NCBI GenBank assembly: GCA_964016885.1
Contig: OZ024754.1
Span: forward strand, 6,386,001-6,450,000
DNA: 64,000 nucleotides
Reading direction: 5' to 3'
Source: Eledone cirrhosa
Lineage: Eukaryota
Program-made: the position numbers and the translations under genes
The notes under the pieces: generated by a model
What the model saw: only the letters and a program-made list of their open reading frames with translations
What the model was told of the DNA's origin: nothing
The model's database searches: none
Shown: one piece after another, positions 1-13,810 of the stretch
How positions within the stretch are numbered: position 1 is the stretch's first letter
How the letters are laid out: every line of letters begins with the position of its first letter

Positions 1-699
1 GCCGCCACCACCACCAATACAGGCAATACCACCACCGCCGCCACCACCACCAATACAGGCAATACCACCACCACCACCAATACAGGCAATACCACCACCG
101 CCATCACCAACAATACAGGCAATAAAACCACCCCACCACCATCACAGGCAATACCACCATCACCACCACTACTACCAACAACACAACAACAACCAATAAA
201 GGTAGTAACAAGGACAATAACAATAACAACCATTACAATGACGTCAACAACAACAACCATTACAATGACGTCAACAACAACAACCATTACAATGACGTCA
301 ACAACACGGTTAATACAGCGACACAGACACACAGACAACAACACAATATAAAGTTAGTATGAGCCGGACAAATGTAGCAAGAAGCAATTCCACCAAGAGG
401 CAAGTATTAGATTCATAAGATTTTAAAAAAATGTCTTATTCTCTTAAAACCCAAAATAGCACCTTTCTAGGTTTAAAACCTTTTACTATGTAGAATCTAG
501 GAAGCCTATAAGCCAGTAAGTCTTCTGGGATTTGTCCTACAAGCAGAGAAAATTATAGGGTAAGTGAATTTAGATTCAATAAAACAAGCAGCATCAATTA
601 GAATACATTTCGCAGTCTATTCCAATGTAAATCATCGATTTAAGTGGAAAAAAAAAAAATCGATCAAATATATTGATTTCTAATTTTAAGGAAAAGGCA

Positions 700-1917
700 A
701 AGCTGTGACTCGATTCCTTCGAAGGGTTTTTTGAGTAATGTTACTCGATAAAGTGTGTAACTCGGAGATCAGAGAGTCACTCTAGTTAGAGCTGCTACTT
801 CTCTGAATTGGGGGATCACAGCTCTGATACTATGGGTATGTGGTTAGAATGTCTCAGGAAAGAATTGCTGGACAGATTTGTAGTTCGGTGATCAGAGAGC
901 TACTCCAGATAGAGGCGCTACTTCTCCGAATCGAGGGATCACAGCTCCGATACTATGGGCCTGTGGCTAGAATGTCTCAGGAAAGAATAGCTAGAGTGTT
1001 GCTCCTGTTAGAGCCGCTACTTCTCCGAATTAAGAGATCACAGCTCCGATACTATGGACATGTGGTTAGAATGTCTCAGGAAAGAATCACTCGACAGATT
1101 TGTAGCTCGGAGATCAGAGAGTCACTCCAGGTAGAGCCGCTACTTCTCCGAATTGACAGATCACAGCTCTGATACTATGGACATGTGGTTAGAATGTCTC
1201 AGGAAAGAATCGCTGGACAGATTTGTAGCTCAGAGATCAGAGAGTCACTCCAGATAGAGCCACTACTTCTCTGAATTGAGAGATCACAGCTCCGATACTA
1301 TGGACATGTGGTTAGAATGTCTCAGGAAAGAATCGCTGGACAGATTTGTAGCTCAGAGATCAGAGAGTCACTCCAGGTAGAGCCGCTACTTCTCCGAATT
1401 GAGAGATCACAGCTCCGATACTATGGATATGTGGTTAGAATGTCTCAGGAAAGAATGGCTGGACAGATTTGTAGCTCAGAGATCAGAGAGTCACTCCAGG
1501 TAGAGCCACTACTTCTCCGAATTGAGAGATCACAGCTCCGATACTATGGACATGTGGTTAGAATGTCTCAGGAAAGAATGGCTGGACAGATTTGTAGCTC
1601 AGAGATCAGAGAGTCACTCCAGGTAGAGCCGCTACTTCTCTGAATTGAGAGATCATAGCTCCGATACTATGGACATGTGGTTAGAATGTCTCAGGAAAGA
1701 ATGGCTGGGCAGATTTTACGGACAAAACCAACCGGCAAGAGACCCAGGGGTAGACTCCGAGCAAGATGGTTGGATAACATCCATGAGCTTGGTTGGTCAG
1801 GCTTGGGGATCCAGCCGGATCAGTTGGAGACGGTTTCTTCCGACAGGATCCGCTGCAAGGTGTGTTTGAGGACTCCCCCCCCCCCCTGACCCTCTCAGGA
1901 CTGAGTGGGCGATGAAG
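700..1917 (+). mobile_element. RTE-clade LINE 3' end with an internal 123 bp tandem expansion
   Basis: RSQLRYYGHVVRM...GKRPRGR...RW C-terminal motifs; about 8 units, some with stops. Confidence 0.8.
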
Positions 1918-2483
1918 GGCAAAGTTAACCTCGGTGAGATTTGACCTATCAATGTAAAGAAACGAAAATAAATACCACAATGGTATTTTATCGGACGCTC
2001 TACCGATCCTGTCAATCCATCCTCCAAAATCGATTAAATATATCGAACTGAGATTACTGAACACAACCCAAATCGCGTGCGTGACACATACACATATCTA
2101 TAAATCTATCTATCTATCTATCTATCTGGGCCTTCTCTGTTTATAAGCCTGTAGGTTGAGGAAGAGAGCAAAAGGAAGAAAGGAGCACTTGCACAACACG
2201 CTCCTCGAGTTGAGGGTTGTTCTATCGACGGGGTATTAAACAACCCATTTGTGGCGCCTCCCCCCTATTGGGGATTTCGATTGTTGAAATTGTTTGTTTT
2301 TATATTTTTTACACGACTGTATGTAAAATCCCCGGCATGTCTTTGTATTGTCCCTTTTCTTGTTGCGCCCTTGTGGCTAATAAAGAAATCAATCTATCTA
2401 TCTATCTTGTGGCAAATAAAGAAATATGTCTATCTATCTGTATGTGAGCGTGTGTACACATTCGCATGTATGTACACACGTAT

Positions 2484-2494
<11 letters not shown>

Positions 2495-2514
<20 letters not shown>

Positions 2515-3035
2515 TATTTCTTTATTAGCCACAGGGGCACAAAAGAAGGGGACAAATACAAAGGGGGAAGTTTACATACAATAAAAACGTGTAAAATGTT
2601 ATCACAGATGGAATTTAAAAGTTAGTCGATTTTCCCCAATAGAGGGAGACAGTTTATATGGGTAACACATACCCCCGAAAAAATGTGCAACCCTCATCTC
2701 CAGGAGTACGAAGAGCTTGTACTCCTTTCCTCTCCTCCTCCTTTTCCTCAATCTACAGGCTGATATAGAGAGAAGGCCCATTCACTCGGGCCATTCTCGC
2801 CACTTTCACCCACCTTTCATAAAACTTGCTGGGGTACAGCACCTCTCTCTCCATCCTGATTCTTCTTCCAAAGTGGTATTTGAAAAAAAGAATCAGTTGT
2901 TGGCCGGAGAGAAAGGTGTCTGACCTCAGCCCTTTCAACCTTGTCCACCATACAACCTCTTTCGCCATAGCTATCACACAAAGGAAAACCGCCTCTCCTT
3001 CGTTTTTGAAGGTAGATAGATAGATAGATAGATAG
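2495..3035 (-). mobile_element. Tx1/L1-like LINE 3' end within (GATA)n; 3' UTR relatives at 2128-2430, 36536-37150 and 58522-58730
   Basis: ORF2-like end FFKYHFGRRIRMEREVLYPSKFYERW; 3' UTR ending GCTAATAAAGAAATA then (TCTA)n in every copy. Confidence 0.55.
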
Positions 3036-3400
3036 AGAGAGAGATATTAAGTTTTATTTTTCGAAGAAAGATCTGTGGTGACGGTTCACAACCATCTGCC
3101 GGCCATATGTGGCTTTTAATTTAGTCATGTTCCAATTATTATCCCTTAAACTCCGAGTCCTCGTTCACTGGTGTACTTTTACAATTGATAATCTGCTTGG
3201 TCCCATGGACCACGTCCCTACTCACTGCTCACGGAACTGAGTTGGCCGCCTGCAGGTGCGAGCCCCCGCAAGGTGGCGTGGCTGTATCAGCGCGTTACGC
3301 TCTCCGTCCCCCAGGGCCATACATTACATACTCGATCCTGTTGGCCGCCGGGATCCAGGGGCGGAAGATAAGTTAATTGGTAGTGGAGGATACTCGTTCG

Positions 3401-3476
<76 letters not shown>

Positions 3477-3650
3477 CAAGAGCAAGAGAGAAAGAGAAAG
3501 AGCGAGAAAGAGGGAGAGAGCAAGAGCGAGAGAGAAAGAGCGAGAGAGATGGCGAGAGAGAGAGAGAGAGATAGTGCGTGAGAAAGAAAGAGAGATCGAG
3601 AAAGAGACAGAAAGAGCGTCAGAAAGAGAGAGCGAGAAAGAACGAAGAGA

Positions 3651-3690
<40 letters not shown>

Positions 3691-3969
3691 ACACACAGAC
3701 ACTACACAGACAGAGACTAGTTTGGAGTTTAAAGCGCTTATCAAACTAGAATAGTATGAAAATATCCTCGTATTTATAGATTGAAAAATCAATGGAGACA
3801 ACTTTTTTAAACTATCGTCAAACATATCACGTGATAATGGAAATATCCAAATTTAATGTCTGGCTAATGTAAAAGATTATATATAGAGAGAAAAATGTTA
3901 TAAAAAACACTAATATACTCACACACACATACACAAACATAACACTAATAGCATACATACACATTCATC

Positions 3970-4089
<120 letters not shown>

Positions 4090-4116
4090 TACACATACAT
4101 ACACACACATACACAC

Positions 4117-4174
<58 letters not shown>

Positions 4175-4210
4175 CACACCCATATATATATATATACACA
4201 CACACGTACG

Positions 4211-4241
<31 letters not shown>

Positions 4242-4308
4242 TTACATTGTTGAGATACAACAAGCAAATATTTTAACAAATGGAAACTATATTTATAAAA
4301 CCATACTT

Positions 4309-4371
4309 ATTTCATTATACATATTTCAAGGACACCAAGTTAAATTATGGTGTGCTTTCATCAGATAAAAT
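4309..4371 (-). ncRNA. Minimal hammerhead ribozyme motif (left arm of fold-back)
   Basis: Reverse-complement copy of 4613-4675; CTGATGA at 4364-4358. Confidence 0.65.
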
Positions 4372-4612
4372 ATAATTGTTTCTACTTTAGGCACAAGGCC
4401 AGCAATTACCCAGTGCATTACTGGTACTTTATTTTATCGACCCCGTAAGGATGAAAGGCAAAGTCAACCTCAGCGGGATTTGAACTCAGATAAAATATAA
4501 TATAGAGCAGTTTTATAAATATTGACTATACACTGTCCGGGAGCTTCCAACAGTAATGGTTGCATTATTTAAGGGTATGTCAATATTTATTTATAAAACT
4601 GCTCTATATTAT

Positions 4613-4675
4613 ATTTTATCTGATGAAAGCACACCATAATTTAACTTGCTGTCCTTGAAATATGTATAATGAAAT
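4613..4675 (+). ncRNA. Minimal hammerhead ribozyme motif
   Basis: ATTTTAT-CTGATGA-imperfect stem II-GAAA-TATGTA-TA-ATGAAAT. Confidence 0.6.
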
Positions 4676-4716
4676 AAATATGGTTTTATAAATATAGTTT
4701 CCATTTGTTAATATCG

Positions 4717-4750
<34 letters not shown>

Positions 4751-4771
4751 GACAGACACATACGCACCAAC

Positions 4772-4803
<32 letters not shown>

Positions 4804-5781
4804 GGGGGATGCAAGTCAGAATTTATGGATGGACTTAATGACTGAGATGAGAAACACGGAAATACTCTCCCACCAGGAGATAAATACAAATGGATAACGA
4901 AGAATGGACCAATGAGACGATATAATTAATAATTTTTAAAATGTGAGAGTCCCAAACGGAGAAAATAACTATAATAATAGTTGACTACTAAAGATAATAG
5001 TTAAGAAAATTGGGTAAATTTTTTTTAGAGACGGAAAAAGTTGACAAAGGTTTATTTTATCTTTAATTGTAAACAAAATTAGTTGATTTACGAAGTCTTA
5101 GGAAATTTGAAATTTAAGCAAACTACAACATTTTATTAACAATTAAATGTAAATAAGTTTGGGTAAACAAATTAAGGAGCTAGAAAACAAACAAACATAG
5201 AACAACCAAAATATAAAAGATAAAAAAATACAAGGAAAGCTTGATAATAAAATTCATACAAATATTGAACTCGATATATTAAGATTCCTAGGATGGATTT
5301 TCTAAAGAGGACTCAATAACTCATTGTTAGTTATATGATATTGAAACAAAGAGAAGATGAAAAAAATGTGTTGGTGTATGCTAAGAACAATTTCTTCATT
5401 TGCGTCGATCGAAGGTGCATTTTTCATGACGAAAAGCATTCGTATAAGCGTCCATTTTGTATCATTAGAGAGATGTCGGCAAAGATGGCGATGGTGAACG
5501 CAGAGAGAATTTATGGTTTCATTCATTTCCGATTGGTTCACCTGAACAATGGGAGGCGGCGGGGGGAAGAGTGGGAGTGGAGGTGTTTGGAAAAATGGAT
5601 TTGCTGTGTCTCAGGTTACATGTGTGGTTTTCATTTTCAGTTAATTCATTTGAATGTAGCTAATGAGTTGAGTTATATAGCTAAAGTAGTGGGTCGACTG
5701 GTTTCCGATCCACCCCGAACTCTACACTAAAATGCATTACTGTAACAAAATACCAGTTTTTCTCTGGCCAATATTACTTAC

Positions 5782-5871
5782 TTTCACGTCAATTACTCCT
5801 CTTTCCTTCACCAGAAACATGTCAGGAGGCACAGCTTTCATTGTAGTCTCACTAATATTGATTTTCATTGC
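5782..5871 (-). CDS. Gyc88E: sGC exon (end of catalytic domain; the expected GKG exon probably lies left of the window)
   Basis: tttcag|GCA...AAA|gtaagt; 90 nt; AMKINISETTMKAVPPDMFLVKERGVIDVK. Confidence 0.92.
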
Positions 5872-7070
5872 CTGAAACAGAAATATCGTTGTTATTATAA
5901 AGATATCTATGTTTTCATAGCATATATATATATATAACGAAGGAAGAGTGGTAAGGAACCAGATGGACCATAACGCACCAGAGTACTCAATACTTAGGGT
6001 AGTAGAGTGGGTAATAGGAAAATGTTTGAGCTCCTTCGTCGGGGTCAAACATTTTCCTATATATATATATATATATATATGAATGTATCTGTCTGTGTGT
6101 GTGTGCGTTTGTCTGTGTGTGTGTGTCTGTGTGTGTCTGTGTGTGTGTGTCTGTGCCAGTCTGTCTGTCTGTGTGTGTGTGTCTGTGCCAGTCTGTCTGC
6201 CTGCGTCTCTGTGTGTGTCTGTCTGTATATATATATATGTATATATGTGTGTGTGTCTGTTTCTGTGTGTCTGTGTGTATATATATATATATCTGTCTGT
6301 CTGTATATATATATATATATAGATATATTCATTATAAAGATGATATTGACTACATAATTCATCAAATGATTTTTAGTATATAAAATTATGTAGGAGGATA
6401 TTAATTTAAATAGGAATACTTAAACCCTTTAAAATTTACATTACTCTATATATACTATTATATTTTCATGATAAAGACTTTACCTCACATAATATCGAAT
6501 CTATGAGATTTTGATATTATTTATTTTGAGAACAATACCTTAACATCACTATGTATGGCCAGTTCTGGCCGGTTTGAACAGAAAAAGGTGAGAGAATTCT
6601 GGCCGGATATGGTGGGTTAAAATGCTTAAAACTTTAAAATGGGCGCTTTTGTTTGAGAAAAAAAAAACAAAAAAAAAAAACAGTTTAAGCCGGTTGATAT
6701 CAAAAGAGTTGCAATTTTATAAATTTTTACAAATGATTACACATTAATAAACACGTACTTACAAATTCCTTAGAAGTTTAATTTTAACATAAGCATCATT
6801 TTATTCTAATTTCAAACTGACTATATGCTGATTGCGAGAACATTTAAGCCGCACAGCTAAGAATAGATACTCTGAAGAAAAATAGAGAACCCTTGTAAAC
6901 ACCCTTTACCCCATCCCCGCTTGGTTTCCAGTCAACACACGGTCAACATTTGTGATAGATGACTTATACAGGAGGAGAGATACATCCTCAGCGTTTAACT
7001 AACACATCTTCTGATAAACAGTGATATTCATATATATATACATATATACGTACGTATATATAAGTCTCTG

Positions 7071-7111
<41 letters not shown>

Positions 7112-7148
7112 TATATAAATCCAAATCCAATAAACAGACCAGGATTTT

Positions 7149-7206
7149 TTCATTCTGAGGATTGAAAGCAAAACTTTTTGCTTTTAAGAAACCACTGGTA
7201 AATGGA
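7149..7206 (+). ncRNA. Hammerhead ribozyme motif
   Basis: TTCATT-CTGAGGA-TTGAAAGCAAAA/TTTTGCTTTTAA-GAAA-CCACTGG-TA-AATGGA; GUA cleavage triplet; between two (TA)n tracts. Confidence 0.72.
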
Positions 7207-7510
7207 ATAATTGCCTTATGTTGTTTATTACATAACTATATGTATAAATATATAAATATATATAAATATATATATATATATAAATATATATATATATAAA
7301 TATATATATAAATATATATATAAATATATAAATATATATATAAATATATATATAAATATATAAATATATATATATAAATATATAAATATATATATATAAA
7401 TATATAAATATATATATATAAATATATAAATATATATATATAAATATATAACTATATATAAATATATAACTATATATAAATATATATATATATATATATA
7501 AATATATAAC

Positions 7511-7542
<32 letters not shown>

Positions 7543-7623
7543 AATATATAACTATATATATATATATATAAATATATAACTATATATAAATATATATATA
7601 TATATATATAAATATATAAATAT

Positions 7624-7672
<49 letters not shown>

Positions 7673-9659
7673 TATATATATATAAATATATATATAAATA
7701 GTAATAATAATAAATTTGAAGACTAAAATCCAAAGAGGGCTCGATAAGGATAAATAAGAGTTTCAGAAGATAAATATATATATATATAAATATATTATAT
7801 ATATATATAAATATATATTATATATAAATATATTATAAATATATATTATATATAAATATATATTATATATAAATATATTATATATATAAATATATATTAT
7901 ATATATATATATATAAATAGTGCAGATATGACTTTGTATTTATATCTGTTGAATTTCTCTTTTAGTTCCTTCTCTAGAAAATACCCACGTTGTATTATTT
8001 TTAATGAAATAAATACAAAGGTATAGTTGTTTCTTATAGTAAAAAAACGCCCCCAAAACTAGGGAATTTCAGAAATGATTAAAAAATATAAAGAAATGGA
8101 TGCAAATATTTCTGTAAATGTGTAGAGAGGAAACATATGATGCTCTCGACAAAATGACTTAGTTCATTGTTACCAACTGGTTTTAATTAGTGTGGCCACA
8201 GAAATTTGTCTGTGACAACTATCACATAAACATAAAATAGATAGATATGAATAGATTTTACAGTGAGAAATGAATTAATATAATTATTTCTTTTGCCGGG
8301 AGACAAGAGATAAGCTTAAGTTCTTAGTAGGTTCGAGTCTTGGTAGGTGCAGGTTTACTCACTTATGACGTTATTGCTATCGGATAAGTAGGAATATCAA
8401 AAGACTCCATTTTTAGCTTAATCTTTTCAATTTTTTTTTATGTTATGGTACTGGCTTCCATCCTTAGACTGCGGCCATACTGGTGCATCATCACCATCAA
8501 GAGTTGACTATAATGACCACAGTACTTATTACAACCTATGATATTGGCTTCCATCCTTAAACCGCGGCCACGCTGGTGCACCACCACTTCCAAGAGTTGA
8601 TCATAATGACTACAGTGATTATTACGGCGTAGGTCACAACAGCGCCCCTGTGATTTCACTAGAAGTTAAGAGCCATTTGCTTTGTTTTTGCGTTAGTATG
8701 ATGTTAATGATCAACCGCTCTTAGATTCTAATAGTTTATTGCTGTTCAAAAGAGTAGATTTTCACCAATTCCCACACTATACTGCCTTAGAAAGAGACCA
8801 CTTTATATAATCTAGTGCAGATTATATAAAGATTATATAAGATAAAGACGGCATGGACATGTCTGGAATAGCCTACGTCATAGGTCCGTTCGATTAAAAT
8901 TGACTTCGTAATTAGAATAGCTTTCAAAAGACACGTTTGAAGAATACATTTGTTGATAGAGTAACATAGAGTCCTGGTTATATACTATTTAAAGTGAACT
9001 GAATCAAAGTGAACCTGAGGCTAGAAAATAACAACAATAAATGTTTCCAAGAAAGTTTGAAAGTTTGTTTACGTGTAAGAACAGACAACAGTACGACTGG
9101 TCAGATGTTGGTATTTAGAATATAGATTAACATACTCCCTCTCACACAAGCTCATATATAATAAATGATGATGATGGCTGCCCCCTCGTTATCGAGTATG
9201 GCCATTGCATGATATACTATTATTAATAATTATTAATTAATTCTAAATCCCGCCGAGGTTAACTTTGCCTTTCATCCTTACGGGGTCGATAAAATAAAGT
9301 ACCAGTAATACACTGGAATAGTTGCTGGCCTTGTGCCAAAGATAGAAACAATTAATTCTATCGTGCAATGCTTGTGCATGAAGAAATTTTTTAAAGTGAG
9401 GAAAGACTGTGCACTGAACCAATCCCACTCTCTGAGCGACAGTAGCTATAACCCGAAAAGAAGAAAAGATCAACATCATCGGTAACTACTGAGCAGCAGG
9501 TTTTATATCTAGGAGAAGGCAACTCAGGAAACTGGGATGACTCCGATATAATAAATACACACATACATATATATAATTTTATATATCTATATAATTTTAT
9601 ATATCTCTCTATATATATATATATGAGAGAAAAACGACAGACCTTCCATCTCAACTCTA

Positions 9660-9696
9660 CTTTTGAAAAGCAGAAGAACTGCGAAACCGGTAAAGG
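9660..9696 (+). ncRNA. Degenerate minimal hammerhead motif
   Basis: CTT-TTGAAAA (mutated core)-GCAG/CTGC-GAAA-CCGG-TA-AAG. Confidence 0.4.
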
Positions 9697-9822
9697 AACC
9701 AAATAAATATATATATATTTTTAAATAAGACTCCAGTTGCATTTTCGATTTCATCTTTTTTTCTTTATACTTTCACTCTGTAGGACACCTCGGTTATTTT
9801 TCATTTTGTAAAAAACCCTCAC

Positions 9823-9866
<44 letters not shown>

Positions 9867-10228
9867 CGTCACTTACTCCTAAAATGATCCATTTTTCATT
9901 TTTGTCTGAACAGACTTCCGGTCTTTTGGACGTCATTTCCGGCCATATTGATTTTCAGTTACATATTTGTTAGCTTGGTCTGGAACTGGTGGTAGTTTCT
10001 AATAATGTGTTGTTGTTGTTGTTGCTGCATTTAAAGTCTACATAATGACCTAAGATGAAAGTCATTCTCTGCCTGTTAGAAATAGCAGCCAAGTAGCTAT
10101 TCATTCGCACTACCAGCTTTGACAAAAACACATTTAATAAAGTCATTCTGATATTCCGGCACACGTATACACGCTAATGATTCTTTGCTTAAACTTTAAT
10201 CTGTCCTTATAATAAATATTTGCTCTAC

Positions 10229-10272
<44 letters not shown>

Positions 10273-10486
10273 CGTTTCTGAATTTGTTTAGCAAGATTCT
10301 TTATCTGAAAACGTGTGTTGAAACCGATATTGTTATGCTTTGGGAGGGTCATATTGCCAATAAGAAACACACGCACCAGTTGCTTTCACTCAAATTTATT
10401 ATAAATTAAATTTATAAATTTAAGAATTTATAAATTTCCGGTTGGTTGGTTGGTTGGTTCCATAACCGGACGGTTGTTTATATATT

Positions 10487-10529
10487 GTCAAAGTTCTTTC
10501 GTCACACATTATGTGACCTCTTCAGTGAC
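10487..10529 (-). ncRNA. Minimal hammerhead motif (left arm of fold-back)
   Basis: GTCA-CTGAAGA-G-GTCACA/TGTGAC-GAAA-GAAC-TT-TGAC. Confidence 0.62.
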
Positions 10530-10577
10530 TGAGGATTCTTTTCTTTGTTTCTCTCCTTTGTTCTAAAAGAATCCCCA

Positions 10578-10620
10578 GTCACTGAAGAGGTGACAGAATG
10601 TGTGACGAAAGAACTTTGAC
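10578..10620 (+). ncRNA. Minimal hammerhead motif (right arm of fold-back)
   Basis: GTCA-CTGAAGA-stem II with one mismatch-GAAA-GAAC-TT-TGAC. Confidence 0.55.
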
Positions 10621-10766
10621 AATATATGAAGAACCGTCCGGTTATGGAACCAACCAACCAACCAACCGGAAATTTATAAATTCTTAAATTTATAAATTTA
10701 ATTTATAATAAATTGGAGTGAAAGCAACTGGTGTTTCTTATTGGCAACATGACCCTCTCAAAGCAT

Positions 10767-10803
<37 letters not shown>

Positions 10804-10886
10804 CCTTATCGAGCCCTCTTCGGATTTTAGTCTTCACATTTAATATTACTTTATATATATATATATGTTTGTATGTATGTGTATGT

Positions 10887-10955
<69 letters not shown>

Positions 10956-11181
10956 CAGTGGAAGCATTTCTGAATTGGGGGAGAGGGGAGCAAATTTGGA
11001 CAATTTAATTATAGTGATTAGTTTAGCTCTCTACACTCTAAAATGGTCAGAAAATGGTCAGAAAATGGTCAGAAAATGGTCAGAAAATGGTCAGAAAACT
11101 TCGATATGCGATAAACATAACATGTAGAAATTTGATAGAGTAAAGATATATCTAGAGATAAGTAATTATATATGAGACTAC

Positions 11182-11291
11182 CTCTCCATTTGTTTCCATG
11201 CGCGACGCTGTATTCACCGTGTCTCCAAAGAGGCAATACCGCGGCATCTTCACACCAACAACTCCAGCCACACATGGTCCTGTGTGAATAC
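11182..11291 (-). CDS. Gyc88E: sGC exon (catalytic domain)
   Basis: ctacag|GT...GAG|gtagtc; 110 nt; [37 protein letters not shown], the guanylate cyclase signature. Confidence 0.96.
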
Positions 11292-11971
11292 CTGTAGGTA
11301 ATAAAAAACAACAACAACAATAAATAATGGTGTTTGATTTAGGCACAAGGCCAGCAATTTGAAGGGAAAGGGAAAGTCGATTAAATCGCCCCCAGTGCGC
11401 TACTGGTACTTTATTTTATTGACCCTGATAAAAGGCAAAGTTAACCTCGGCGGGATTTGAACTCAGATCATAAAGGGCCGTAACTTCCTGTTGCAAACGC
11501 ATGACACCCGACCTTCTACTGATACTGCCACTCTAAAAGGCAAAGCTCACCTCGGCGGGATTTGAACTCAGATCATAAAGGGCCGTAACTTCATGTTGCA
11601 AACGCATGGCGCCCGCCCCTCTACTGATACTGCTAATTCACCGCTTGAATAATTATTTCAATTTTTTGGTACAAGGCCAGCAATTATCCCAGTGCATTAC
11701 TGGTACTTTATTTTCTCGACCCCGTAATGATGAATGGCAAAGTTAACCTCGGCGGGATTTGAACTCAGACTGTAAATAATGGTTTCTGATTTAGGCACAA
11801 GGCCAACAATTTTTGGGAGAGGAGAAAGTCGATTAGATCGACCCCAGTGCATAACTGGTAACGTTAAAAGGATGACAAAAAATAAAAAAATAAAGATAAA
11901 AGAATGAAAACAAATATATAAAGAATAAAAGATGTAAAAAAAAAACAAAAAAAAAACCTAAACAAATTTAC

Positions 11972-12128
11972 CTATTCGTATTCTTAATTTTTCACATATT
12001 TCTGTCGAATCTACCACGTCAATTTCTGAGATCATGTCAAGCGCCATGTTACATATTTCTACTGGATGGTTGTCTATCCGTACTGGCGCGCCAGATACCA
12101 ACATATAAGCATCACCAATAGTTTCAAC
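11972..12128 (-). CDS. Gyc88E: sGC exon (catalytic domain)
   Basis: tttcag|GTT...ATAG|gtaaat; 157 nt; VETIGDAYMLVSGAPVRIDNHPVEICNMALDM...LRIRI. Confidence 0.95.
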
Positions 12129-12275
12129 CTGAAATGACATTACAATATTTGTACATGATTAAGAAGACACGATATTGTGAATTACAACACCCCACGGGAC
12201 CTCAATGTCATCATCCGAATAGAAAATGTAGCCGAGGTATAATCTCTAGAGATTGCACACATGTCGTTGTACTGG

Positions 12276-12307
<32 letters not shown>

Positions 12308-13502
12308 ATATATAACTACCATATTACCAAAGGTTTCAGGACGTTAGACAATATTAATATACGTCTAGATTGTTCATCAGACAGAGATGAATAGAAAATA
12401 TGAAATGAGATTTATATATATATTTATATATATAACTATATATATCATTCCATTTTATGTCCGCTTTTTCCCTGCTTGCAAGGGTGGGACGGGAACTGAT
12501 TCTGGCTTGATTTCTACAGCTGGATGCCCTTCCTAACACCAACCTCATTTACAGTGAGTGCTGGGTGCTTTTTTGCCGTGGCACCTCCACGACCACTTTG
12601 CAGTGGAATGATAGGGACCCCAGTCCCTATCATCTCATTTCTACAGCTGAGTAAACTGGAGCAATTAGAAATAAAGTGTCTTGCTCAAAGAAACAACACA
12701 TCACTCAGTCTGAAAATTGAACTCACAACCTGCAAAAGAATCTTAATATTTCGGACGCATGTCCTTCAGCGGAAAATAGATTGACAGAGAGAGAGAGAGA
12801 AAGAGAGAGAGGGAGAGAGGGAGAGAGAAAGAGAGAGAGGGAGAGAGGGAGAGAGGGGGAGAGAGAGGGAGATGGTCCTCCATCGAGTTCGACGATGCGT
12901 ATAAGGGGCTGTGCATTCGACAGAAACACGCACCCATAACATCATTTTCAGGGAGATTCAAAAGGACAAAATGTGGAACAAAACTGGCCCTTTGGCGTGC
13001 TTCCACGCAGTCTCTGTTTACCAAAATTCACTTACGGTAAAAGATACTTATCCACGACGCCCCCTAGTGGAATCGAACCCCAAACCTTCTGATAGCAAAG
13101 CGAACCTCTTAAACATTCGGGCATTCTCCGTCGATTTTGGGATAAACAATAATTTGTTATTCCCACAAATATAAAGACATGACGCCTCAAATCAATACAC
13201 TCAAACATACATATACATGTGTTCTGGTGTCAATACACACATATATATATACATGTATACACGCAAATGTGTCAATTTATCGTTCTCCTCCTTCTCTCTC
13301 TATATGTATATATTATATATGAGTATATATAAGTATATATATATATACACATATACATATGTATACATAATATACATATGTATATATATTATATTTGATA
13401 TATAAGTAAATATATATATAAATACATATATTATATTTGGTATATAAGTATATCTATCTATCTATAAATAAATAAATATATATTATATTTGATATATAAG
13501 TA

Positions 13503-13536
<34 letters not shown>

Positions 13537-13581
13537 AATATTATATTTGATATATATATATATTATACGATATATATATTC

Positions 13582-13622
<41 letters not shown>

Positions 13623-13776
13623 TATATATATATATATATATATTCATATATATATATATATATATATTCATATATATTCATATATATATATATATATATA
13701 TATTCATATATATATATATATATATATATTCATATATATATATATATATATATTCATATATATATATATATATATA

Positions 13777-13810
<34 letters not shown>

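Larger units (their letters stand above)
4273..4711. mobile_element. Fold-back element, putative inverted PLE terminal repeat, interrupted by a SINE
   Basis: Long inverted arms each with a hammerhead; SINE at 4377-4485 flanked by a 16 bp direct repeat TCAGATAAAATATAAT. Confidence 0.65.
10327..10774. mobile_element. Fold-back element (arms about 210 bp), putative PLE-derived
   Basis: Near-perfect inverted arms with (GGTT)n/(AACC)n and paired hammerheads; near (TA)n. Confidence 0.65.

Noticed and set aside
5335-5730. 131 aa non-repetitive ORF
   Set aside because: No recognisable motif, non-ATG start, antisense within an sGC intron
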